A DNA stretch of 64,000 nt from Acidimicrobiia bacterium (GCA_041576165.1 JBFGLM010000002.1:1-64000); one strand, 5' to 3'. Numbered from the stretch's first letter, positions 8,777-17,939 are shown. Notes: generated by a model from the letters alone, not told the origin. A program made the numbers and translations.

Positions 8777-10710
8777 GCAGCAACCGCTACTCGCGATGGG
8801 ACGGGTCGCAGAGTCCGCTCGGCCCCGACCTGCCCCTCGACGACATCGTCTCGGCATTCTCCGACGATCTTCTTCAGGGTTACGGTGCGGAGGGTGCCCT
8901 ACAACGCCTGCTCGAGCGCGGCTTGCCCGGCGAGTTCGGCGGCATGCGCAACCTGCGACAACGGCTACGCGAGCTGCGGGAGGCCCGGGAGCGGCAGGGT
9001 TCGCTCGACGACGTTTTCGGCGATATCCGGGAGAGGCTCGAACGGGTGAAAGACATAGAGCGGACCGAGCTGGCGATGCGGGATGACGACGACGCTCGCT
9101 TCAAGGAGCTGACCCTCGACGCGCTACCAGAGAGCCCCGCCCGCCAGATCCAGGAGCTGCAGAACTACGAGTTCGCCTCGGAGGGTGCCGCCCGAGAGTT
9201 CCAGATGTTGCTCGACGAACTCCGCTCCCAGATGCTCGAACAACAATTCCGTTCTATCTCGGATGCGATGGGCGGCGTGACCGAAGAGGACCTCCAGCGG
9301 ATCAAAGACATGGTGGCCGACCTCAATCAGATGCTCGATCAGCGGCGGGAGGGCACCGGCCCTTCCCAGGATACCTTCGACGACTTCATGCAGAAGCACG
9401 GTGAGTTCTTTCCGGAGAACCCGCGCAACCTCGACGAGCTGCTCGAGGTGCTGGCCCGCCGGGCCGCCGCCTTCAGCCGCTTCATGGCGTCGCTCTCACC
9501 CGACCAGCAGCGCGAGCTGATGGAGCTCTCCGACGCACTGCTCGACGATCTCGACCTCCAATTCGAAATGGACCGGCTGGGACGATCGCTGCGGGTGCTG
9601 GCTCCCGACCTGCCCTGGGACGCTCCTGCGGACCTCGACGGGCCGCCCATGGGCTTGGGTGAGGGGCTGGCGGCGATGGAAGAGCTATCCGAGCTCGATG
9701 AGCTGGACCGGGCGCTGGGTCAGGACTACCCCGGTGCGTCGCTCGATGACGTTGACCGTGAGCAGCTGGCGTCCCAGCTGGGGGAGGACGCCGTTCGCGA
9801 CCTCGAGAAGCTGCGACGCCTGGAGCGGATGCTCCAAGAGGCCGGGCTCGTCACGCGCTCGGAAGGCAAACTGGAGCTGACCCCCCGCGGAGTTCGGAAA
9901 TTGGGCGAGCGGGCCCTGGCGCGCGTCTTCGAGCAGATCACCGCGGATCAGCCCGGTTCGCACGACGTCGCTCGCTCCGGTGGCGACGGGGACCTGATCG
10001 GATCGACCCGGCCGTGGCGGTTCGGCGACTCGTTCCGCCTGGACCTCCGCAAGACTGTGCACAACGCCGTCGTGCGGGAGGGCCCGACCGAGGGCCGGGT
10101 TCAGCTCCATCCGCAGGACTTCGAGATAGCCGAGGCGGAGCGGCGTACCGAAGTTGCCACAGTGCTGCTGCTCGATATGAGCCGGTCGATGCCGCTCAGG
10201 GGTCATTGGCTACACGCCAAACGAATGGCGCTGGCGCTGCACTCGTTGATTTCGATGCAGTACCCCGAAGATCATCTCAGCATCGTCGGTTTCTCGGATT
10301 ACGCCCGGGTGATGGAGCCGACCGATCTGGCCGCGGTCGATTGGGAACCCGTGTACGGGACCAACATGGAACATGCGTTCAACCTGGCGGGCCGGTTGCT
10401 GGCGAAACGGCGGGGCGCCACCAAGCAGGTGCTGCTGGTGACCGACGGAGAACCGACCGCTCACCTGGTGGGAGAGGAAGTGTTCTTTCAGTGGCCGCCC
10501 GCCTGGGAGACCATCGAGCGGACATATCGCGAAGCAATGCGCCTGGCCCGCTCGGGTATAACGATGAACGTCTTCATGCTCGAGCAAGACCCGGGTCTGG
10601 TGAACTTCGTGGACGAGCTGGCCAAGCTGGTCGGGGGACGGGTCTTCAGCCTGGCTTCCGACGAACAGCTCGGGGAGATGATCGTCCGCGACTACATGCG
10701 GCGCCGATAG
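8773..10710 (+). CDS. VWA domain-containing protein (Rv0959-like)
   Basis: RYSRWDG start, MIDAS DMSRSM, TNM, VTDGEPTAH. ATGA overlap with the ATPase gene. Confidence 0.9.
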   Translation: MSSNRYSRWDGSQSPLGPDLPLDDIVSAFSDDLLQGYGAEGALQRLLERGLPGEFGGMRNLRQRLRELREARERQGSLDDVFGDIRERLERVKDIERTELAMRDDDDARFKELTLDALPESPARQIQELQNYEFASEGAAREFQMLLDELRSQMLEQQFRSISDAMGGVTEEDLQRIKDMVADLNQMLDQRREGTGPSQDTFDDFMQKHGEFFPENPRNLDELLEVLARRAAAFSRFMASLSPDQQRELMELSDALLDDLDLQFEMDRLGRSLRVLAPDLPWDAPADLDGPPMGLGEGLAAMEELSELDELDRALGQDYPGASLDDVDREQLASQLGEDAVRDLEKLRRLERMLQEAGLVTRSEGKLELTPRGVRKLGERALARVFEQITADQPGSHDVARSGGDGDLIGSTRPWRFGDSFRLDLRKTVHNAVVREGPTEGRVQLHPQDFEIAEAERRTEVATVLLLDMSRSMPLRGHWLHAKRMALALHSLISMQYPEDHLSIVGFSDYARVMEPTDLAAVDWEPVYGTNMEHAFNLAGRLLAKRRGATKQVLLVTDGEPTAHLVGEEVFFQWPPAWETIERTYREAMRLARSGITMNVFMLEQDPGLVNFVDELAKLVGGRVFSLASDEQLGEMIVRDYMRRR

Positions 10711-10729
10711 AGCCCGACGCTCCGGCTCG

Positions 10730-11062
10730 TCACGGGGTCGTGGTGTCGGTAGGCACCCCGACACTCCCTCCCGGGGTCGTCGTGTCGGTGGTCGCCGCCC
10801 GGGTCGTGGTCGTTGCTTGGGTTGTGGACGTCGTCGGCTGCGTCGTGGACGTGGTCGTTGACGCCCGGGTAGTTGTTGGACGGCTAGTAGTTGTCGTCAC
10901 ACGAGAAGTCGTACTCGGATCCATCGTGGTGGCCTCGGCGACCGTCGTAGTGGTGGTCGAAGCGTCGGTGTCGTTCGTGCCGGCGCCGCAAGCCGCCAGT
11001 ATCAGAATCGCGGCAAGCCCGCCGGCCAGTGTTTGGCGTGTTGTTGGCATAGGTACCCCCAT
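10730..11062 (-). CDS. Small Thr-rich lipoprotein
   Basis: LAAILILAAC lipobox followed by a low-complexity Thr/Ser tract. Start uncertain (11062 or 11050). Confidence 0.6.
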   Translation of the reverse strand: MGVPMPTTRQTLAGGLAAILILAACGAGTNDTDASTTTTTVAEATTMDPSTTSRVTTTTSRPTTTRASTTTSTTQPTTSTTQATTTTRAATTDTTTPGGSVGVPTDTTTP

Positions 11063-11153
11063 GGGGAGAGGAGTCAACGTGAGTTAGCGCCCAATGTCAA
11101 CGTGGCGATTCCCGCTCGGCCCCACGGCGGTGACGCGGCAGGCCGCGCGTCCC

Positions 11154-11840
11154 TCAGTACAAGGGCCATGGAACCGCAGGCCGGTCCGCCGGCGGATGCG
11201 GGTGAATGGGGCGTGAGCGGAGGCTCTCGACCCGCTTCACCAGAGCCTCCACCTCCTGGGAGCTCAGTTGGGTGGCCGCCGCCCCGGACAGAACCGCGGG
11301 CAGCTCCGCCTCGAGGCGCTCAACGGCTTCCCGCATGATCAACGGCAGCCGGCAGCCGGAGAAGACCCACAAGACCGTCCGGAGCTTGGCTTCGTCGTGG
11401 AAGCTGACACCATGATCGATACTCCACAGCGCTTCGGTATCGGCATCGCGCAAGATGTGACCGGCCTTGCGATCGGCGTTGTTGATGATCAGGTCGAGTA
11501 CCGCGATCGACCACAGCCCCCGGTCGCCGGAGTTGATGAGTGGAGCCGGGTCAAAGGTCCGGTCCTCGTTGATGAAGCGCTGCACCGACCCCGCGCCATA
11601 CGGACCAGCCGCCAGCACTGTTTCGGGCACCACCTCGAGCCCGGCCGCCGCCGAAATCTCAAATGCCAGCACCTCGCGTGCGGCCAGCGTGCCCGGCGGG
11701 AAATCCCACAGCGGGCGCTCGCCCTGCTCGGGCTTGTAGACAACCAGCTCATCGTCCGCAGTCCTGGCCAGCAGCGTGGCATTTGACGCGTAAGGGAGAT
11801 GTCCCAGCACCTCGGTGATCTCCGGCTGCCACCGACTCAC
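11154..11840 (-). CDS. SCO1664 family (PI3/4-kinase-like) protein
   Basis: ASNAT, VYKPEQGERPLWDFP, INNADRKAGH, IDHGVSF, KLRTVLW, PWP terminus. GTGA overlap with the upstream gene. Confidence 0.9.
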   Translation of the reverse strand: MSRWQPEITEVLGHLPYASNATLLARTADDELVVYKPEQGERPLWDFPPGTLAAREVLAFEISAAAGLEVVPETVLAAGPYGAGSVQRFINEDRTFDPAPLINSGDRGLWSIAVLDLIINNADRKAGHILRDADTEALWSIDHGVSFHDEAKLRTVLWVFSGCRLPLIMREAVERLEAELPAVLSGAAATQLSSQEVEALVKRVESLRSRPIHPHPPADRPAVPWPLY

Positions 11841-12340
11841 GACGTGAGGTGCTTGTGGCCGTTCGACGACGGGCAGTCGTGGCCTTCGGGATCTTCGGGC
11901 AGCTGGCATTTGGGACAGATCGGCCGGCCCGCCTGCACCGAGGCCAGGGCGGCCACCGCCATCGCCCGGAGGTGGTCGATCGAGACGTCGAAGGAGAATT
12001 CTTCGCCTTCCGTCCCAGTGAGATACACAGAGACCGCCGACGTTTCGGGGTCGACCCGCAAAGCCATCGAATCGATCCGAAATCGGACGTCGTCGGGGTT
12101 GGTCGGCCAGGGCACGTCCATGCCCTCCTCCAGGATCGCCTCCACGGCCTCTTCATCAACCGACAGGCCGGTGCGTGGGATCGACTCGATGCTCTGTGAT
12201 CCGAGCGCAGCCACCTGACCTTTTTCAGCCAGGAACCAAAAGGGACGATCGTCGACGACGACGTAGAGGTAGAAAGTGCGTTGCCCGGGCTCGCCGATGG
12301 ATCCGGCCGTGAATTTGGTCGCAATCCCGCCGCTGGTCAC
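11837..12340 (-). CDS. DUF3090 family protein
   Basis: FTAGSIGEPGQRTFYL, EKGQV, AGRPICPKC...GHDCPSSNG. Confidence 0.9.
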   Translation of the reverse strand: MTSGGIATKFTAGSIGEPGQRTFYLYVVVDDRPFWFLAEKGQVAALGSQSIESIPRTGLSVDEEAVEAILEEGMDVPWPTNPDDVRFRIDSMALRVDPETSAVSVYLTGTEGEEFSFDVSIDHLRAMAVAALASVQAGRPICPKCQLPEDPEGHDCPSSNGHKHLTS

Positions 12341-12942
12341 CAGCTCTTCCTCCCTCGATCGTTCACTGCTCCAACCATCGGCACGCCGCCCGGCGGCAGC
12401 AACAGCTCCGACACCGAGGCCGTCGAGATGTTGATTCGCTGAAACAGATCCAACGGCTGGCCGAGGTAGTGGGCGAGGATCAACTTGATGACGTCAGAGT
12501 GGCTGACAATGACGGCCGAGGCCTTGCCCACCTCGGCGGCTATCCGCTCGATCGCGGCCACGGCCCTCTCCTGTGCCTCGGAGAACGATTCGCCTTCCGG
12601 AAATCGGGTACGAGACGGAACTCGCTGCACCTGACCCCAGAGTGCCGTGCGCCGAAGGGACTTCAACGTCCGGCCCGTCCAGCGCCCAAAGTCGATCTCC
12701 GTGAGCTCGTCAACAATCCGCGGCGTGAGTCCGTGGGAGGCAGCGATGATGTCCGCCGTCTCGCGGGTCCGGGTGACGGGTGAGGTATAGACGGCCTTGA
12801 GCTTGGTGTCCGCCAGGCGGGCGGCCGCCGCATTGGCGTGGGCCTCGCCTTTGGGCCCGAGCGACACGTTCCCGTCCCGTCCGGTCAGGCGGGTTCCGGT
12901 TTCCGGGGTCGGAGCGTGGCGGACGAGCAGCAGCCGGGTCAT
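12337..12942 (-). CDS. Histidine phosphatase family protein (MSMEG_4193-like phosphomutase)
   Basis: LLLVRHA, SPVTRTRETA, EIDFGRWTG, VSHSDVIK. Confidence 0.9.
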   Translation of the reverse strand: MTRLLLVRHAPTPETGTRLTGRDGNVSLGPKGEAHANAAAARLADTKLKAVYTSPVTRTRETADIIAASHGLTPRIVDELTEIDFGRWTGRTLKSLRRTALWGQVQRVPSRTRFPEGESFSEAQERAVAAIERIAAEVGKASAVIVSHSDVIKLILAHYLGQPLDLFQRINISTASVSELLLPPGGVPMVGAVNDRGRKSW

Positions 12943-13006
12943 GCCGGCGAAAGATTAGCTCTGCCCAGCTGGTGTGAAACTCTGATGGGGGCCGGCTCGA
13001 GATCGG

Positions 13007-13699
13007 TCACAGCAGCTGTTGCTGGGGTGGGGGCGGCAGCGGCTGGATGTTCTCCGGCAGGTTGTTGCGGACGCTGTTGACCAGCGTCGAAACGGCATGT
13101 TCACGGGTCTCGGGGGCCGGATACGGCCGCAGAAACGACTGGAGAAGCGTCATGTCGTCGTTGGATCGGTCGAGCCAGGCGTCCCAGTGTTCCGGGCGCA
13201 GGATGACCGGCATACGGGTGTGGATGGTTGAGATCGCATCGTTGGCCGAGGTGGTGATGATCGCGCACGTGCGCATCCAATCCTCGGTCTCGGGGTCCTT
13301 CCACGACGCCCAGATGCCCGCGAAACCCATTGGATTCCCATCACCGAGATAAATGTAGTGCGGCAGCCGGCCGCGTTCTTTCGGTTCCCATTCGTAGAAT
13401 CCGTCGGCCGGCAAGATGCAACGTTTGCGGCGGAAGCTGTCCCGAAACACCGGCCGTGTGGCCACACTCTCGGCCCTGGCGTTGATGTGGATGCTCTTTG
13501 CGTCTTTCGACCAGTGCGGGACCAAACCCCAGCGGAAGGTCCCGAGGAGCCGCTCTCCTTCATGTTCGGCCACCGAATAGACCGGGTCGGTCGGGGCAAC
13601 GTTGTAGTTGATCTGGAGCATCTCGGTCCGCACACCATCCACGCCGAAATAGTCGGCGTAGGCAGCCGGATCAGACGCAATCACGTACCGTCCGCACAT
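13007..13699 (-). CDS. SRAP family abasic-site protecting protein (HMCES/YedK-like)
   Basis: N-terminal MCGRY, YNVAPT, WGLVP, INARAE, ADGFYEW, IHTRMP, VNS. Confidence 0.94.
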   Translation of the reverse strand: MCGRYVIASDPAAYADYFGVDGVRTEMLQINYNVAPTDPVYSVAEHEGERLLGTFRWGLVPHWSKDAKSIHINARAESVATRPVFRDSFRRKRCILPADGFYEWEPKERGRLPHYIYLGDGNPMGFAGIWASWKDPETEDWMRTCAIITTSANDAISTIHTRMPVILRPEHWDAWLDRSNDDMTLLQSFLRPYPAPETREHAVSTLVNSVRNNLPENIQPLPPPPQQQLL

Positions 13700-13723
13700 A
13701 TCTCGTGAGGGTACCTGACCGCG

Positions 13724-14647
13724 TCAATCTCCGGATGAAGCCTGGGTGGCAGGAGACCGGTCTGCTTCCTCAATTGCGTCCGGGTCGTCGGGCGACTCGT
13801 GATTCGCAAAGACTCGGTGGCCGGTGATGTATAGCAGCACTCCGCCGATCACGAGGATGAGCAGGGCGGCCACCGGGCGCGGGTTGGAGCCGATCAGGTT
13901 CGTCAGTCGCGCAGACATCTCATCGACGAACCGAACGATCCCGCTCTGGCCCGCAGCCACCCCGCCCGCCGCCAGAATGGTCGCCCAATACCAGATGATG
14001 AAAAGGCCTGCGGCGATGAGGATGATCCCGGACACGGTGTTGATGTACTTGCCCGACTGGCGCATGCGTCGCACTATCGAGTCACGGCCCATAGCCATCA
14101 TCAGCGTGATGAATATGAGCACGGTGGACATTCCGAGGCCGTATGCGAGGAAGGTCAATGTCCCACCCAGCAGCGATTCCTGCGACAGGTTGGCCGGAAT
14201 CAAGCTCAGGAACACGGGCAGTGTGCAGGACAAAGACGCGATCGCATAGGAGATCCCGAACAGAAACATCGACCGGTTGGTGCGTTGCTTCTTTCCGGCC
14301 CGCATTCCCGGAATGCGCACATTCAGGTAGAACCCCCGCACCATCGCCACCCCGAGCACCAGAACACCAGCACCTACCAGCAATGCCAGCCAGGGCAGCA
14401 CGTCGACCAGCGATTGCAGGCCCAGGGTCAGCAGCAAGCCGGATACCCCGAATACGACCACGAAACCAGCAGACACGACGAGTCCTACCCACAGGCCGCG
14501 GGCCAGCGCGACTGGACGACTGACGGCGTCATCCGCCGCGCCCGTGAAATAGCTGAGGTAGGCCGGGAGCATCGCGAACCCGCACGGGTTCACCGTGGCG
14601 ACGAGCCCGGCGGTGAATGCCAGCGCCAGTGCGGCAGTGTTGATCAC
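13724..14647 (-). CDS. ccdA: CcdA/DsbD-family transmembrane disulfide reductase
   Basis: AFTAG...NPCGFAMLPAYL and SLSCTLP (two membrane Cys), YGLGM; multiple TM helices plus a C-terminal extension. Confidence 0.9.
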   Translation of the reverse strand: MINTAALALAFTAGLVATVNPCGFAMLPAYLSYFTGAADDAVSRPVALARGLWVGLVVSAGFVVVFGVSGLLLTLGLQSLVDVLPWLALLVGAGVLVLGVAMVRGFYLNVRIPGMRAGKKQRTNRSMFLFGISYAIASLSCTLPVFLSLIPANLSQESLLGGTLTFLAYGLGMSTVLIFITLMMAMGRDSIVRRMRQSGKYINTVSGIILIAAGLFIIWYWATILAAGGVAAGQSGIVRFVDEMSARLTNLIGSNPRPVAALLILVIGGVLLYITGHRVFANHESPDDPDAIEEADRSPATQASSGD

Positions 14648-14709
14648 GAGTGCTCCATTCGGTCAGTCAACCAGGACAACTCCCGGAAAGGCGCTCGTCG
14701 TCCGCGGTC

Positions 14710-14725
14710 TGTCGGGCGGACGACA
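14710..14725. promoter_or_regulatory. Putative Crp/Fnr-family operator TGTCG-N6-CGACA upstream of ccdA
   Basis: TGTCG GGCGGA CGACA, perfect half-site palindrome. Nearest edge is 63 bp from the ccdA start. Confidence 0.6.
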
Positions 14726-14754
14726 ATGTCGGCCGGGGTGCGACGACGCCGTGC

Positions 14755-15462
14755 TCAGCGCCGGTCGCTGTCGGCAGCAGCGCACAGGGCTGGTCGGTTC
14801 AGAATCTTGACGACCCGGTAGCCAGTGGAGATCGCCCCGCCGTCACGAAGCTCGCCCAATGCTTCGTTGACCGACTGGCGGCTGGCGCCCAGCAGGGTTG
14901 CCATGGCAGCTTGGGACAGGTGGATCTCGTCGCGGTTATCGCCTTCCTCGAGCAGCAGGTCCGCGACCTGGGCCTTCACGGTCTTGTGCATCAGATGGAT
15001 CACCCGCCGCTGCGTCTCTTCCAGCTGGCGCAGCCCCGCCACGAGCCAGCGCAAACAGATCGCCGGGTGCTGCGACAGCCGGGGGAGCAGGCGGTCACGC
15101 TCGAACCGGAAGGCCGTCACGTGCCCGACCGCCTTGGCCGAGGAGATGTACGGCGTGTTCGCAAACATCGCGATGTCGCCGATCACCGAGCCGGGTCCGA
15201 CTCGGGCGACGACTCGTTTGAGGTGGTCCTGGCCTCGATAGAGGTCGACGTGGCCCTCCTCGACCAGGTATGAGGCGGTGGCCTGCTCCCCTTCGCGGAA
15301 GAGATGGGTGCCCGGGTAGCGGCTTATCACTTCACCGGAGTCGGCCAACAGTTCGAGATCACGGCGAGCGAGTGGGAGGTAGTCGGGCCGGCCGAAGGAC
15401 CGGGCTAACCACGCAAGGTGCTGCTGGTCGGCATTGACCGTGCCTCTCGAAACCATCGCCAT
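14755..15462 (-). CDS. Crp/Fnr family transcriptional regulator
   Basis: cNMP-like beta-barrel (LFREGE...YLVEEGHV...GPGSVIGD) and C-terminal HTH LSQAAMATLLGASRQSVNEAL. Confidence 0.92.
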   Translation of the reverse strand: MAMVSRGTVNADQQHLAWLARSFGRPDYLPLARRDLELLADSGEVISRYPGTHLFREGEQATASYLVEEGHVDLYRGQDHLKRVVARVGPGSVIGDIAMFANTPYISSAKAVGHVTAFRFERDRLLPRLSQHPAICLRWLVAGLRQLEETQRRVIHLMHKTVKAQVADLLLEEGDNRDEIHLSQAAMATLLGASRQSVNEALGELRDGGAISTGYRVVKILNRPALCAAADSDRR

Positions 15463-15494
15463 TCGTCCTCCCCGACAGCCTACGACAGGCCCAA

Positions 15495-15510
15495 CGTCGG
15501 CTTTTGGACA
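15495..15510. promoter_or_regulatory. Degenerate copy of the same operator upstream of the crp gene (possible autoregulation)
   Basis: CGTCG GCTTTT GGACA, 8/10 match. Confidence 0.42.
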
Positions 15511-15523
15511 TCTCTTCCCACAA

Positions 15524-16075
15524 TCATGCAGCTCCGAACAGCGTTTCGAGGCGGTTTCGTAGATCGTCCCGGAAGATCACCCCATTCTGGCGGTCGACTA
15601 CTTCACCTTGGGCGTTGATGAAGATGGTGGTCGGCATCGAGAAGCCCTCGAAGGTCTGGAAAATGGCGCCATCCCGATCAAGCGCGACCTGGTACGTCAC
15701 GCCCGTCTGTTGCAAGAGGGCCAGGGCGCCGGCATCACTGGTACTGCGATCGATTCCCAGGAATGCGACATCGTCGAATTCCTGATGCACTTCTTCGAAG
15801 TCCGGCATCTCCGCCACACAGGCCGGGCACCAGTCGGCGAAGAAGTTGACGACCAGGGGGCGGCCGGCGAACTCCGCCAGCGATCCGCTACCCCCGTCGA
15901 GGTACTGGAAATCGAGATCCGGGGCCGGCTCGCCTCGGGGGAGTGAGCTGCCGGCGGCGGCAGGGTCGGGTTCGGGCGTGCCCGATCCGCCGAACGCAAC
16001 AAAACCGGCCAGTCCGACGATCACCAAGGCGGCCGCGATGAACCCGATCTTGGCTCCGATCCCGGGTTTGCTCAT
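15524..16075 (-). CDS. Membrane-anchored TlpA/ResA-family thioredoxin (CPAC)
   Basis: N-terminal TM, APDL, RPLVVNFFADWCPACVAEMP, MPTT cis-Pro loop. ATG at 16075. Confidence 0.9.
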   Translation of the reverse strand: MSKPGIGAKIGFIAAALVIVGLAGFVAFGGSGTPEPDPAAAGSSLPRGEPAPDLDFQYLDGGSGSLAEFAGRPLVVNFFADWCPACVAEMPDFEEVHQEFDDVAFLGIDRSTSDAGALALLQQTGVTYQVALDRDGAIFQTFEGFSMPTTIFINAQGEVVDRQNGVIFRDDLRNRLETLFGAA

Positions 16076-16105
16076 GGGCCCTTCTCCGTGTTGTTCGAGT
16101 TTGCC

Positions 16106-16130
16106 AACGCTGCGCCGGCGGGCGAATTCC
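16106..16130 (-). promoter_or_regulatory. Possible SigH/SigR-type ECF promoter for tlpA
   Basis: Minus strand GGAAT-N17-GTT(G), ending about 30 nt before the ATG. Confidence 0.35.
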
Positions 16131-16137
16131 GCCGCAT

Positions 16138-16174
16138 TGTCGGCTGTCCGACCAACTCCGTCGGGTCGCGGACA
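16138..16174. promoter_or_regulatory. Tandem putative Crp/Fnr operators between divergent tlpA and DUF3179 genes
   Basis: TGTCG GCTGTC CGACC (16138-16153, 9/10) and CGTCG GGTCGC GGACA (16159-16174, 8/10), 21 bp apart. The first is 63 bp from the tlpA start. Confidence 0.55.
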
Positions 16175-16213
16175 GTTGGGAAGTGTCGGCCTGGCCGCGC
16201 GGTTGTGGGGAGA

Positions 16214-17443
16214 ATGGACGAGATGCAGTCGCAACCAGATCGAGAGCGGTGGTTTCTGCCGCCCGCCGGCCGGCAGACCAGGCGATGGATGTGGTGGGGG
16301 CCCGTTGTGGCGAGCTTGCTGGCGGCGTGCGGTTCGCTGGCAGGTGGTGGCGCCCCGGAGGTCGAGCCTGTTGCGGGGCTGCCCACCGGACCCTCGGCCC
16401 TGTCCGACCCCGACGATCCGGCGTTCGGCGAACCTCTCATCGATCCGTCTGAGATCGTCCGCGTCCTGCCGCCTGATGCCATCCCCGCCATTGATCTGCC
16501 CCAGTTCACCTCTGTCGCCGCAGCAGATGACTACATCTCTGATTCTGAGGCCGTCATCGCGGTCGAGATCAACGGCGACGCCCGGGCCTATCCGGTCGGG
16601 ATCCTGACGTTCCACGAGATCGTCAACGACAACGTTGGCGGCGTTCCGGTCTCGATCACCTATTGCCCTCTGTGCAACTCGGCCGTGACGTTTGACCGGC
16701 GGGTGCGCGGCACTGAAACGAGCTTCGGGGTTTCCGGCCGGCTGTACAACTCAGCGCTCGTCATGTACGACCGGGCGACCCAGAGCCTGTGGACGCACTT
16801 TGACGGCCGGGCGGTGGTCGGCACGCTGACGGGCGAGCGCCTCGAACCGGTCAGCACACCGCTCTTGGCGTGGGGCGATTTCAAGGCCGCGTACCCGGAC
16901 GGCTTGGTCCTGGACAGGGACGCCACCGGTTTCCCGGGACGGGCCCTGTCATATTTCACGAACCCGTACGGCCGGTATGACCAGGTCGGGACGCGCACGT
17001 TGTTCCCGACGAGTGGGGACGACCGTTTGGATGACAAAGAGCGGGTGGTGGCGGTCGCGCTCGGCGACGAGGCCGCCGCCTGGCAGCTCGACGTTGTCTC
17101 CGGTGGGACTGCACGGGTGACCACGGGCAGGCTGGATCAGCAAGAACTGGTCATATTCTGGAAGTCGGGACAAGCGTCGGCGCTGGAGACCGCTGCCACA
17201 GGCCGGGGACGCGACGTGGGCTCGGTGGGTGTTTTCCGCCCCCGTCACGGTGATGTCGAGTTGACGTTCACGGTGGCGGACGGCCAGTTCATCGATGTCC
17301 AAACCGGCAGTGAATGGGATATCACCGGCCGGGCCGTCGCAGGCGAGCTGGCCGGCGCCGAGTTGGAGCAGATTCCCCATCTGGACACGTTTTGGTTCGC
17401 ATGGTCGAGCTACCGACCGGACAGCGGTCTCTTCGAGGCGTGA
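16214..17443 (+). CDS. DUF3179 family lipoprotein (CPLC motif)
   Basis: LLAAC lipobox. PPDAIPAID, ARAYP..L..HEIVND, TYCPLCNSA, FGVSGRLYNSALVMYDRAT.SLW, FWFAW. Start approximate. Confidence 0.9.
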   Translation: MDEMQSQPDRERWFLPPAGRQTRRWMWWGPVVASLLAACGSLAGGGAPEVEPVAGLPTGPSALSDPDDPAFGEPLIDPSEIVRVLPPDAIPAIDLPQFTSVAAADDYISDSEAVIAVEINGDARAYPVGILTFHEIVNDNVGGVPVSITYCPLCNSAVTFDRRVRGTETSFGVSGRLYNSALVMYDRATQSLWTHFDGRAVVGTLTGERLEPVSTPLLAWGDFKAAYPDGLVLDRDATGFPGRALSYFTNPYGRYDQVGTRTLFPTSGDDRLDDKERVVAVALGDEAAAWQLDVVSGGTARVTTGRLDQQELVIFWKSGQASALETAATGRGRDVGSVGVFRPRHGDVELTFTVADGQFIDVQTGSEWDITGRAVAGELAGAELEQIPHLDTFWFAWSSYRPDSGLFEA

Positions 17444-17489
17444 CGGCGTCGATCGGCTCTGCGGCCGGCTCTCTCCGGCGGCACTACAG

Positions 17490-17514
17490 GTGGAGGGCCC
17501 GAAGGGCCCTCCAC
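17490..17514. terminator. Hairpin terminator between convergent DUF3179 gene and rnpB
   Basis: GTGGAGGGCCC-GAA-GGGCCCTCCAC, perfect 11-bp stem. Confidence 0.7.
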
Positions 17515-17520
17515 GGATTT

Positions 17521-17898
17521 GCGAGTTCGCCTGTAAGCCGGATTCTGTCCCTCTTAAGAGGGGGCGATCATCCATCTACGCCGGCAGATTGCCGGCGCCC
17601 CATGTCTCCATGTGGTGCAGCTCACCCGGGACCCGTGGGCGGGCCGCCCGGTCCCTGTTCGCCTTGCTCCGGGTGGGGTTTACCTAGCCACCCCGGTCAC
17701 CCGGGGTACTGGTGGTCTCTTACACCACCGTTTCACCCTTGCCTGTGCGGGGCCGAGGCCCCGCCATCGGCGGTCTGCTCTCTGTTGCACTTTCCGTCGG
17801 GTCGCCCCGCCTGGGAGTTACCCAGCACCCTTGCCCTGTGGAGTCCGGACTTTCCTCGAGCAGCCGATCGGCCGCCCGCGATCGCCCGGCGAACTCGC
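17521..17898 (-). ncRNA. rnpB: RNase P RNA, class A
   Basis: Minus strand carries GAGGAAAGTCCGGACTCC, AGTGCAACAGA, GGTGTAAGAGACCACC and ACAGAATCCGGCTTA. P1 pairs 5' GCGAGTTCGCC with 3' GGCGAACTCGC. Confidence 0.97.
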
Positions 17899-17939
17899 AT
17901 CGCGAGGGTACACCCCTCACAGTATGTTCAACCCACCGA

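Noticed and set aside
16661-16678. DUF3179 protein as a second selenoprotein
   Set aside because: Both motif positions are TGC Cys codons and there is no in-frame TGA.
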